Virus record (IMG/VR): IMGVR_UViG_3300002835_000025
DNA from: a virus
DNA length: 64,000 bases
Reading direction: 5' to 3' (one strand)
Shown: piece by piece, positions 9,028 through 17,965 of the stretch
Numbering within the stretch: position 1 is the stretch's first letter
How the letters are laid out: every line of letters starts with the position of its first letter
The notes under the pieces: model-generated
Database searches by the model: none
Seen by the model: the letters and a program-made list of their open reading frames with translations, nothing else
What the model was told of the DNA's origin: nothing
Position numbers and translations under genes: made by a program

Positions 9028-9588
9028 ATGCTAGTATTGGATATTGAAACTCTTGATATTGAATCAACTGCCGTAGTATTATCAGCATCAATGGTATACT
9101 TTGACGAAAATGATACTTGGTCAAGTTTATTGAAAAAGGCAGTATTTGTAAAATTTGATGCAAAAGAACAAGTTCAAAAATATAAAAGAACTATATCTAA
9201 AGACACTCTGTCATGGTGGAATACTCAATCTGATGCAGCAAGAGAAGTATCATTTAAACCAAAGCCTGATGATCTTACTGTAGAACAAGGAATTTCTTTA
9301 TTAAGAGAATACTTAAGTAATGATACTAATCCTACTAAGATTATTTGGGTAAGAGGAAGTCTTGATCAAATGGTAATTGATAGTTTATGCCGATCTGCAA
9401 AATTAGAACCATTAGCAAGATATAACCATTACAGAGACATTAGGACTGGAATTGATATACTATCAGAATCTTCTGTAAACGGATACTGCAAAGTCAATTG
9501 CGAAGACTTTAACATTGACTGGGTAGATAAACATAATCCAATACACGACATTGCTTACGACGCATTGCAACTGCTTCACCCAAACTAA
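9028..9588 (+). CDS. dexA: DEDDh 3'-5' exonuclease, DexA-like
   Basis: LDIETL, WWNTQS, RDIRT, HNPIHDIAYD. Confidence 0.8.
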   Translation: MLVLDIETLDIESTAVVLSASMVYFDENDTWSSLLKKAVFVKFDAKEQVQKYKRTISKDTLSWWNTQSDAAREVSFKPKPDDLTVEQGISLLREYLSNDTNPTKIIWVRGSLDQMVIDSLCRSAKLEPLARYNHYRDIRTGIDILSESSVNGYCKVNCEDFNIDWVDKHNPIHDIAYDALQLLHPN

Positions 9589-9645
9589 TATGTACACAGA
9601 GGGCTATTAATGATATAATAGCCCTTTTTATATCATGAGGAAAAA

Positions 9646-10632
9646 ATGATGATTAACGAATTTTATACAAATGCAATCCAATATGGTAATAAAATACTTG
9701 TCAGATCTATTAGAGATGGATTGCCACAAAAGCAGAAAATCGATTTTTACCCTACCTTATATACCACATCAGGAAAATCTTCAGAATCTTCTTCATTCAA
9801 GTCTTTACATGGAGTAGAATTATACGAAATAAAACCGGGTACCATAAATGATTGCAAAGATTTCATAAAAACTTACGAAAATGCGATGCCTGTGTATGGA
9901 CAAACAAACTATGCATATCAATATATTGAAGAAAATTACAAAACCGATATAAAGTTTGATTCTGACTTATTAAAAATCATTGCTATCGATATAGAAACTG
10001 CAAATGAAGAATCTGGTTTTCCTCATCCAAAATACGCTAATGAAGAAATTCTACTAATTACTGTCAGAGATCTTAAAACTAAATCTACAAAAATATTTGG
10101 ATCTAGACCTTATGAAGGAAAACATAAAGCAGATTTTGTCCTTTGTAAAGACGAAAATCAATTACTTCAGCAATTTGTGACTCATTGGCAACAAAGAATC
10201 CCTGACATTATTACGGGTTGGAATATTGACAACTTTGATATTCCGTACATTATTAATAGACTACTAAGAACTATAGGAGAAGATTATGTTAAAAAACTTT
10301 CTCCATGGAATATAGTCAATGAACGTTCTAAAAAGGTTAATAACGTAGAACAACAGACTTATGAAATACTCGGTGTGTCATCTTTAGACTATATTGAACT
10401 CTATAAGAAATATTCTAAAAAAAACCAGGAGTCATACAGACTAGACCATATAGCATTTGTAGAACTTGGTGAAAGAAAACTGGATCATAGCCAATGGAAT
10501 ACTTTCAAGGAATTTTACTCTGGTGAATATGACACTCATAAAATTAGGCCAGAGTATGAAAATTCGGATACAAAGTCTTATAGAAGAACACAGATAAAAT
10601 TAGAGTTAATTAGACGCGGACTAACAGTTTAA
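9646..10632 (+). CDS. 43: DNA polymerase B gp43, N-terminal fragment (N domain plus most of the exonuclease domain)
   Basis: ExoI DIET, Exo[23 protein letters not shown]; stops before ExoIII and ends in a novel basic tail. Confidence 0.93.
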   Translation: MMINEFYTNAIQYGNKILVRSIRDGLPQKQKIDFYPTLYTTSGKSSESSSFKSLHGVELYEIKPGTINDCKDFIKTYENAMPVYGQTNYAYQYIEENYKTDIKFDSDLLKIIAIDIETANEESGFPHPKYANEEILLITVRDLKTKSTKIFGSRPYEGKHKADFVLCKDENQLLQQFVTHWQQRIPDIITGWNIDNFDIPYIINRLLRTIGEDYVKKLSPWNIVNERSKKVNNVEQQTYEILGVSSLDYIELYKKYSKKNQESYRLDHIAFVELGERKLDHSQWNTFKEFYSGEYDTHKIRPEYENSDTKSYRRTQIKLELIRRGLTV

Positions 10633-11470
10633 ATTGTTTACAGTTTGTGCCATGCCATCTATTATAATTAAGAGGATCAAAACTGCAGTTGCAATATTCA
10701 CAAAGTATTGATTCTTTCTTTTTCATAGGTGGCAATTCTATTTCAGATTTGAATACATTTAAAGAACTGTCAAATATTGTCCAAGTTTTAGAAACTAGTC
10801 TTGTATTTCCTAGTGTTAAATTATATATTTTCTGTGGGCTTATTTTTGTTAATTGATGAAATTCTGATATAGTCATATCAAATACATCTTTAGTTATTAC
10901 ATTTTTAAATTTGAAAATGTCTTTTTTAAACCAAGGTTTACTTTGCTTTGCAATTTTACCAAAATTAATATTTTTACATTCAATAGAACATAATTTCTGG
11001 CTAATATTATGTGTAATTATTTCTTTATTACATACGGAACAATTTATAGTGATATACTTTCTGTTCGATAGCGCTTTCAATGATCTATTCTGTTTAATTA
11101 TTTCTTTAGTACACGATCTAGAACAACAATTACTGCATCCGCTAAATTCTTTATAACAATATTTGCAAATTTTCATTGGCTTAAGTTTTTTAACTCCAGT
11201 ATTTCCATCTCCGCCATCAGTCTTATTTAGGAGTATACCTGTCCCAATGTCTTTTCGCCCATGCCATCTTATCATTCTTCTTTCTATTGCTAATGCTCCA
11301 ACTTCAGATAAATTCGTTTCTAGGAATATTATCTTTGTTCTATCCTTTGGCACAGATATTCCTTTATGAATATCATAGGCTCTAGTATTCTTACCTTTTC
11401 CAATGTAATATGGTGTTCCGTCTGACTTTCTAATATATGCATACACGTAATATATAAGATCGCTGGTCAT
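10610..11470 (-). CDS. Free-standing GIY-YIG homing endonuclease with Cys-rich Zn modules
   Basis: [25 protein letters not shown], CxxC repeats, C-terminal RWHGTNCK; minus-strand TATAAATA at 11554-11561. Confidence 0.88.
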   Translation of the reverse strand: MTSDLIYYVYAYIRKSDGTPYYIGKGKNTRAYDIHKGISVPKDRTKIIFLETNLSEVGALAIERRMIRWHGRKDIGTGILLNKTDGGDGNTGVKKLKPMKICKYCYKEFSGCSNCCSRSCTKEIIKQNRSLKALSNRKYITINCSVCNKEIITHNISQKLCSIECKNINFGKIAKQSKPWFKKDIFKFKNVITKDVFDMTISEFHQLTKISPQKIYNLTLGNTRLVSKTWTIFDSSLNVFKSEIELPPMKKKESILCEYCNCSFDPLNYNRWHGTNCKQFKLLVRV

Positions 11471-11620
11471 GATAGTTCCTTGAATTGTCTTAAGAATGAT
11501 TAGTGCTACTGGAGCCTAGGAACTCGCGAGTAGCTTTTTTAGTTTGTACAATCTATTTATAATATCAATAGATGTTTACTTTTTGTTGTTATTGTGATAT
11601 TATATACATTTATTATAGGA
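11462..11620. promoter_or_regulatory. Conserved endonuclease leader plus back-to-back late (-) and early (+) promoters, copy 1
   Basis: About 100-bp similarity to 54838-54990, with a covarying stem GCTACT/AGTAGC. Confidence 0.75.
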
Positions 11621-11627
11621 GAACATT

Positions 11628-13307
11628 ATGTTTAGTGATATATCAGATAAAGATTTATTAGATGAATATTATAAATTAGATAAAGAAATAAAGCAAGAAT
11701 CATGGACTACATATACTGATTACAATTATCATGACGTATTGCTTATTGATAAATTGGATGAGCAATTAAAGTTTATCGAGTTACAACTCACAATGGCATA
11801 TACTGCCAAGATTAATTATCAAGAAGCATTTAGTCCGGTTAGACTATGGGACTCTACAATCTATCACTATCTTATTAATAAGAACATTATTATTCCTAAC
11901 ATGGACAGAAATGTTAAAGGAGAATTAATGGGTGCCTATGTAAAGACTCCTATTACTGGCATTCATAAATGGATCGCGTCATTCGATTTGGCATCATTAT
12001 ATCCTCATCTAATAATGCAATACAATATCAGCCCAGAAACATTAACAACTACGAAATTGTCATTCACTATTGATAATTTATTAGACAAAATTGAACTTCC
12101 AAAAGTTGATTATGCAATTACTGCTAATGGTTGGTGCTATTCTAAAGATAAGCGCGGATTCCTACCAGAGTTGATGGACACTATGTATGCAAATCGTTCT
12201 ATGCATAAGAAACAAATGTTAAAGCATGAACAGCAATACGAGAGTGATAAGAACAATAAGGAACTATCAAAAGAAATTTCAAGACTTAATAACTTGCAAC
12301 TAGCTCTAAAGGAAACACTAAACAGTGCATACGGAGCTATTGGAATGCCATACTTCCGATATTATGATTTGAGAATGGCAGAATCCATAACATCATCTGG
12401 ACAGTTCTCGATAAAATGGATAGCAAACAGAATTAACAAATATTTGAATTCAGCTTTGAAAACAAATAACACCGATTATATTATTGCTTCGGATACCGAT
12501 TCTGTGTACGTGTCATTGGAAACTTTGGTCGAAACGACTCAAGGTGAAAAATCGACAGAAGATAAAATCAAATTCATGGATTCATTCTGCGGCAAAGTCT
12601 TAACTCCGTTAATAGAAAAATCATATATCGAGTTAGCAGAGTACATGAATGCCTATGAACAAAAGATGCAAATGAAACGAGAAGTACTTGCTGATAAAGG
12701 TTTGTGGACGGCTAAGAAAAGATATGCATTAAGAGTTCATAACTCTGAAGGTGTTCAGTATGATAAACCAAAAATGAAAATTATGGGCATTGAGATTGTA
12801 AAGTCATCGACTCCAACTGCCATAAGAGAAAAATTGAAGTCAACTATTGATATTATTTTTAATGACACTAATTTGGACCTCATAAGATTCATTGAAGACA
12901 CTAGACAGGAATTTAAAACATTAGCAGTAGAAGATATTGCTATTCCAAGTACAGTTAATGGAATGATAAAATTTTCTAATGACAAAACTATTTATTCTAA
13001 AGGCTGTCCGATTTATGTCAGAGGAGGTTTATTATACAATAAAGTTGTTAAAGATATGAAACTTGATCAGAAGTATCCTTTAATAGGCGCAGGAGACAAA
13101 TTAAAATATGTTTATTTGAAACTCCCAAATACTATTAAAGAAGATGTTATTGGATTCCCTACTGAATTACCAATGGAATTCGGATTACATAAGTATATTG
13201 ACTACAACACTCAGTTTGAAAAAGTGTTCTTGAATCCATTAGAAAAGATTGTCGATGCTATTGGTTGGAATTTAAAAGAGCAATCGACTTTAGATGCATT
13301 CTTCTAA
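11628..13307 (+). CDS. 43: DNA polymerase B gp43, C-terminal fragment (ExoIII plus polymerase domains)
   Basis: YNYHD (ExoIII), FDLASLYP, K..LNSAYG, SDTDS, KKRYAL, C-terminal clamp-binding TLDAFF; own promoter and AGGAG RBS. Confidence 0.95.
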   Translation: MFSDISDKDLLDEYYKLDKEIKQESWTTYTDYNYHDVLLIDKLDEQLKFIELQLTMAYTAKINYQEAFSPVRLWDSTIYHYLINKNIIIPNMDRNVKGELMGAYVKTPITGIHKWIASFDLASLYPHLIMQYNISPETLTTTKLSFTIDNLLDKIELPKVDYAITANGWCYSKDKRGFLPELMDTMYANRSMHKKQMLKHEQQYESDKNNKELSKEISRLNNLQLALKETLNSAYGAIGMPYFRYYDLRMAESITSSGQFSIKWIANRINKYLNSALKTNNTDYIIASDTDSVYVSLETLVETTQGEKSTEDKIKFMDSFCGKVLTPLIEKSYIELAEYMNAYEQKMQMKREVLADKGLWTAKKRYALRVHNSEGVQYDKPKMKIMGIEIVKSSTPTAIREKLKSTIDIIFNDTNLDLIRFIEDTRQEFKTLAVEDIAIPSTVNGMIKFSNDKTIYSKGCPIYVRGGLLYNKVVKDMKLDQKYPLIGAGDKLKYVYLKLPNTIKEDVIGFPTELPMEFGLHKYIDYNTQFEKVFLNPLEKIVDAIGWNLKEQSTLDAFF

Positions 13308-13367
13308 TGTGTACATTATAATCGATATAGTGTATAATATTATTTTATTATTTAAAAAGGAAATATT

Positions 13368-14231
13368 ATGTCAGAATTATTAGCAAAAATTAAAAAGACT
13401 TGTACCATTAAAGATTCTTCTGTATTGAGTGCATCAAAATATTTTAATAAAAAGGATATGATTCAAACTCAGATTCCTGCATTAAATGTTGCATTATCTG
13501 GAGAATTGGATGGAGGTTTTGTTCCTGGTCTGACATTATGGTGTGGTCCAAGTAAACATTTCAAATCGATGTTTTCATTAATCATGGCTAAAGCTTACAT
13601 GGACAAATATCCTGAAGCAATTATGATTTTTTATGATTGCGAATTTGGAACTCCAACTGCGTATTTTAGTTCTCTTAATATTGATACAAATAGAATTCTT
13701 CATGTTCCTGTAATGAATATGGAAGAATTCAAATTTGATGTCATTAAACAATTAGAAGGACTTGATAGAGGAGATAGGGTAATTTTTATCATTGACTCTC
13801 TAGGTAATATGTCTTCCAAAAAAGAAATGGAAGATGCTATTGATGGAAAATCAGTACAAGATATGTCTAGAGCTAAACAAATGAAATCAATTTTTAGAAT
13901 GATTACGCCATATCTTAATAGATTAGACATTCCAATGGTAGCAGTTAACCACATCTATATGTGTGGAACAGAAGAAATGGAAGTTATTTCGGATAATGGT
14001 GCAATTAGTCTAAAAAATATCACGCCGGGAATGTTAGTGGAAACTACCAATGGACTTCAACCCGTCACTAATGTATTTAAGTATGAGGACGCGTATGTGT
14101 CTGATATTGAAATGGAAGACGGCACAATACTATCATTTACACAAGGACATAGATTCATGGTAAATGGAGAATGGGTCTTTGTAGAGGATCTTCAAGAAGG
14201 AATGGAACTTGATATAAAACCCATCTCGTAA
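13368..14231 (+). CDS. uvsX: UvsX recombinase N-extein (aa 1-198) fused to the split-intein N-fragment (Cys199-287)
   Basis: GPSKHFKS, FYDCEFG, IDSLGN, DMSRAK, then CGTEEMEV...FTQGHRF (intein blocks A and B). Confidence 0.92.
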   Translation: MSELLAKIKKTCTIKDSSVLSASKYFNKKDMIQTQIPALNVALSGELDGGFVPGLTLWCGPSKHFKSMFSLIMAKAYMDKYPEAIMIFYDCEFGTPTAYFSSLNIDTNRILHVPVMNMEEFKFDVIKQLEGLDRGDRVIFIIDSLGNMSSKKEMEDAIDGKSVQDMSRAKQMKSIFRMITPYLNRLDIPMVAVNHIYMCGTEEMEVISDNGAISLKNITPGMLVETTNGLQPVTNVFKYEDAYVSDIEMEDGTILSFTQGHRFMVNGEWVFVEDLQEGMELDIKPIS

Positions 14232-14275
14232 TTGCAATAAATAATTCATATATACATTTTAAAGGGTTTTATATG
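14212..14275 (+). promoter_or_regulatory. RBS/start-sequestering hairpin with an internal late promoter for the HNH gene
   Basis: Perfect 11-bp inverted repeat ATATAAAACCC (14212-14222) / GGGTTTTATAT (14264-14274) covering the ATG; AATAAATA at 14236-14243 lies between the arms. Confidence 0.75.
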
Positions 14276-15073
14276 AATTATTTGAAACATTACGAATTAT
14301 TAATTACTAGAGCAAAATCTAGAAGTAAAATTTTAGAGTATATTGAGAAACATCATATAGTTCCAAAGTGTTTAGGTGGAAATAATGATATTGACAATAT
14401 TGCTGAACTAACACCAGAGGAACATTATTTTGCCCATCAACTACTAGCAAAAATATATCCAGATAATTGCGGGTTAATTAGTGCATGTAAATTGATGGGA
14501 GGAAGTATTTCGGGAAAAAGAAGTAATAATAAAATCTATGGGTGGATAAGAAGAAAATCTAATATATTGATGGGACAGTCAATTAGGAAACTTCATATTG
14601 ATAAAAGAGATATGAAGTCTATATCATTAGGATTTGAAAATTATATTGATATGTCTAAGTCTATATGGGATTTATTCATAACCCATAAATTACATTATAC
14701 TTCTATAGAAGAAAAATTTGGGGTTAGTCGGCATTTTATAAAAAGATCTTTAGAAGTATATGCTAAAGATAATGACTTATTAGATGAGTTAGCTCAAGGT
14801 TATTATGATCTTAAGTCAAGCAGTCAAAAACTAGGCAGATCTAAATTTACTGAAGATCAAGAAAGCAATAGAATAACAGCATTAAAAAATATTGACTATG
14901 CCGCTAGATCATTAAAAACCGGTTCTAGAAAAGGATCATTAAATCCAACATTTGGTAAAACTTGGTCTCATATTAAAATGATGTGCCCATATTGTAATAA
15001 AGAAGTCGGCGGAAAGCGTTGGCATTTTGATAACTGCAGGAGTAAAAATGAAAATCAAATCAATAAAATTTAA
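14273..15073 (+). CDS. HNH homing endonuclease (MobE-like) between the split-intein halves
   Basis: EKHHIVPKCLGG.N..DN...LTPEEHYFAHQLL; C-terminal CPYC...RWHFDNC. Confidence 0.9.
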   Translation: MNYLKHYELLITRAKSRSKILEYIEKHHIVPKCLGGNNDIDNIAELTPEEHYFAHQLLAKIYPDNCGLISACKLMGGSISGKRSNNKIYGWIRRKSNILMGQSIRKLHIDKRDMKSISLGFENYIDMSKSIWDLFITHKLHYTSIEEKFGVSRHFIKRSLEVYAKDNDLLDELAQGYYDLKSSSQKLGRSKFTEDQESNRITALKNIDYAARSLKTGSRKGSLNPTFGKTWSHIKMMCPYCNKEVGGKRWHFDNCRSKNENQINKI

Positions 15074-15656
15074 TACACGTAAGGCAGATGTTTACGACAT
15101 TGAAACTCCTACACACGATTATATATTAAAAAACGGAATAATTTCTCATAATACACAGGAGCTTTACAGCAAACCTGTAGTTTCTGGTGGAACTGGTGTT
15201 TACTTATCTGCTGATAATATTTTTATTCTTGGAAGACAACAAGAAAAAGAAGGAACAGAAGTCATTGGTTATAACTTTATCATCAATGTAGAAAAATCAA
15301 GATATGTAAGAGAAAAATCAAAAATTCCAATTAGTGTTCTATTTGAAGGTGGTGTTTCTAAATGGTCAGGATTATTAGAAATGGCATTAGAATCTGGTCA
15401 TGTCATTAAGCCAAATAATGGTTGGTATTCTAGAGTAGATAAAATTACTGGTGAGCTTGAAGATAAACGATATAGATTAAAAGATACTATCAATAAAGAA
15501 TTCTGGCTTCCTATATTAGCAAAAAAGGATTTCCAACAATGGATAAAAGAATCTTATAAATTGACAGAATCAGAAATGCTATCTGATTCAGTAATTGAAT
15601 CAGAATTATCAAAGGTTGAATTAGAGGATTTGGAAAAAATTTCTGAATTAGTTTAA
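15048..15656 (+). CDS. uvsX: Split-intein C-fragment (35 aa) fused to the UvsX C-extein
   Basis: CAGGAG RBS; MKIKSIK...VYDIET..HDYILKNGIISHN|T, then TQELYSKPVVSGGTG and VEKSRYVREKSK. Confidence 0.92.
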   Translation: MKIKSIKFNTRKADVYDIETPTHDYILKNGIISHNTQELYSKPVVSGGTGVYLSADNIFILGRQQEKEGTEVIGYNFIINVEKSRYVREKSKIPISVLFEGGVSKWSGLLEMALESGHVIKPNNGWYSRVDKITGELEDKRYRLKDTINKEFWLPILAKKDFQQWIKESYKLTESEMLSDSVIESELSKVELEDLEKISELV

Positions 15657-15725
15657 CTGTGTTGAGAGTGTATGCCAGTGTGTACACTCTCTATTTTTAT
15701 GATATAATAACATTTTGAGAATATT

Positions 15726-16016
15726 ATGACTACTAAATTCGAAACATATAACTACTTTGATGCTTCTGGAACAGAAGTTGTTGCATTAGAAATCCTAGAA
15801 GATAAATTCAAAGGCTCTATCTTTTCATTTGGAAAAGTAGAATTTCCAGACCCTAACGAACCAATCCTTAATTTTGAATATACTCTTCATCAAGGATATA
15901 TCTCTGATGATAATAAGGAAGATTTCAAAAATTGCTTGGGTGATATATTAGTACAAATTTTAGAAGAATCTCTTAAAGACAAAACTACTGTTTTTAAAGG
16001 TGGCATTGATGAGTAA
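15726..16016 (+). CDS. 40: gp40-like head vertex assembly chaperone
   Basis: Lies between uvsX and gp41; LGDILVQIL C-terminal helix. Confidence 0.6.
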   Translation: MTTKFETYNYFDASGTEVVALEILEDKFKGSIFSFGKVEFPDPNEPILNFEYTLHQGYISDDNKEDFKNCLGDILVQILEESLKDKTTVFKGGIDE

Positions 16017-17376
16017 GATAGAAACTACTATTTTATCTAATTTAATTCATAACGCTGAATATAGTCAAAAAGTTCTTCCATTTATTAAAAGAGAATATTT
16101 TAAAGAAAGACCTGAAATTATTGTAACTGAAGAAATTCTGTCTTTTGTTGATCAGTTCAATAAGATGCCAACTCAGGAAATCCTGTCAATTCAAGCATCA
16201 AACCGTCAGGATGTCAATGACCAAACTTTAGTAGAAGTTGAATACTTAATTAAGTCATTAGAGAATCAACCAACAAATGACGAATGGCTTATTGAAGAAA
16301 CCGAGAAATTTTGCAAAAACAGGGCAGTATTCAATGCAATCATTTCTTCAATGCAAATCATTGATGGCAAAGATAAAAAATATACTCAGGAAGCAATTCC
16401 AACCTTATTATCAGAAGCTCTTAGTATTTGTTTTGATACTAATGTTGGCCATGATTTCTTCGAAGATTCTGACTCTAGATTTGAATATTATAGAAGAGTA
16501 GAAGAAAAGATTCCGTTTGATATTGATATACTAAACAAAATTACTAATGGTGGTCTAGCAAGAAAATCTCTCAATATATTACTTGCGGGAACTGGTGTTG
16601 GGAAATCTTTGGTGATGTGCCATTTTGCTGCTGCAGCTCTAATGCAAAGTAAGAATGTGTTATACATTACTATGGAAATGGCAGAAGAAAGAATTGCTGA
16701 ACGTATTGATGCTAATCTTCTAAACCTAGGAATGTCAGAATTAAAGACTATAGAGCAGAATATTTTCTCTTCTCGTGTTAATAAGCTTAAACAGAAGTCT
16801 CATGGCACATTAATCATTAAAGAATATCCGACATCTACTGCTCATACCGGCCATTTTAGAGCATTGATTGAAGAATTAAAATCAAAGAAAAGTTTCTCTC
16901 CAGATATAATCTTTGTTGATTACTTAAACATTTGTTCTTCACAACGAATGAAATACGGAGCAGGCGTAAACAGTTATTCTTATGTGAAAGCAATTGCTGA
17001 AGAATTACGAGGATTAGCAGTAGAGTATAATGTTCCACTTGTTAGTGCTACTCAATCTAATAGAGAAGGTATCAATAGTTCAGATTTAGATTTGACAAAT
17101 ACTTCTGAAAGTATTGGTCTTCCTCAGACATGCGATTTGATGCTAGCATTAATTTCTACAGAAGAATTAACAAATCTTGGTCAAATAATGATTAAGCAAT
17201 TAAAGAATCGGTATAATGATCCAAGTTATTACAGCAAATTCATGGTAGGAATAGACAGAAATAAAATGAGGATATTTGATGTTGAATCAGAAGCTCAAAC
17301 TGGAATTTCTAATCACACTCCATTTGTAGCAAGATCTAACAAACAAGAAAAAGATACCTCAGGATTTGTATTCTAA
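16009..17376 (+). CDS. 41: Replicative helicase gp41
   Basis: LAGTGVGKS, YITMEMAEERIAERIDAN, VDYLNI, SATQSNR, QLKNRY. Confidence 0.97.
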   Translation: MSKIETTILSNLIHNAEYSQKVLPFIKREYFKERPEIIVTEEILSFVDQFNKMPTQEILSIQASNRQDVNDQTLVEVEYLIKSLENQPTNDEWLIEETEKFCKNRAVFNAIISSMQIIDGKDKKYTQEAIPTLLSEALSICFDTNVGHDFFEDSDSRFEYYRRVEEKIPFDIDILNKITNGGLARKSLNILLAGTGVGKSLVMCHFAAAALMQSKNVLYITMEMAEERIAERIDANLLNLGMSELKTIEQNIFSSRVNKLKQKSHGTLIIKEYPTSTAHTGHFRALIEELKSKKSFSPDIIFVDYLNICSSQRMKYGAGVNSYSYVKAIAEELRGLAVEYNVPLVSATQSNREGINSSDLDLTNTSESIGLPQTCDLMLALISTEELTNLGQIMIKQLKNRYNDPSYYSKFMVGIDRNKMRIFDVESEAQTGISNHTPFVARSNKQEKDTSGFVF

Positions 17377-17415
17377 AATTGATAAATAATTTATTATTGT
17401 CGAAATGGAATCAAA

Positions 17416-17907
17416 ATGAAAACGTATAAAAATTTTATTGCAGAACAAGACCCATGTTGGAAAGGATATGAACAATATGGAATGAAAAAGAAAAATGGAA
17501 AAAAGGTCCCTAATTGTATTCCCGAAAGTTTAGAAGAACAGTTTGATTTAATTGAAGAAGTAATTGAAGAACTATCATTAGAACACGGAATCGATTCTGA
17601 AATCTTTTGGGAAAACTTTGAAGAATTTACTGATGAAGAACTACTAGAATATGCTATTGATGCAAAAGGTCATAAAAGTTCTACTGGCGGATTAACTCAA
17701 AAAGGAGTTGATGCCTATAATAGAAAAACCGGCGGTCATCTACAAACTGCTGTTACTACTCCACCTTCAAAACTGAAACCTGGAAGTAAGGCCGCAAAAC
17801 GAAGAAAATCATTTTGTGCTCGCATGAGCGGAGTTGATGGACCTATGAAAGATAAAGACGGAAATCCAACTAGAAAAGCATTAGCCCTCAAAAAATGGAA
17901 TTGTTAA
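17416..17907 (+). CDS. Putative internal head protein with an N-terminal capsid-targeting-like sequence
   Basis: MKTYKNFIAE start; DPCWKGY and RRKSFCARM..KWNC motifs; late-like GATAAATA upstream. Confidence 0.7.
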   Translation: MKTYKNFIAEQDPCWKGYEQYGMKKKNGKKVPNCIPESLEEQFDLIEEVIEELSLEHGIDSEIFWENFEEFTDEELLEYAIDAKGHKSSTGGLTQKGVDAYNRKTGGHLQTAVTTPPSKLKPGSKAAKRRKSFCARMSGVDGPMKDKDGNPTRKALALKKWNC

Positions 17908-17929
17908 TATTATTTGGGTTCTAAAAATT

Positions 17930-17937
17930 TATAAATA
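17930..17937 (+). promoter_or_regulatory. T4-type late promoter
   Basis: TATAAATA consensus upstream of the late block. Confidence 0.7.
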
Positions 17938-17965
17938 GATTATTACTGTTATAGATGGAACCCAA

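Noticed and set aside
10500-11720. Group I intron or intein in gp43
   Set aside because: No intein terminal motifs (no HN-C/S/T) and no recognizable group I core. The endonuclease is antisense and the downstream half has its own promoter and RBS, so a split gene fits better.
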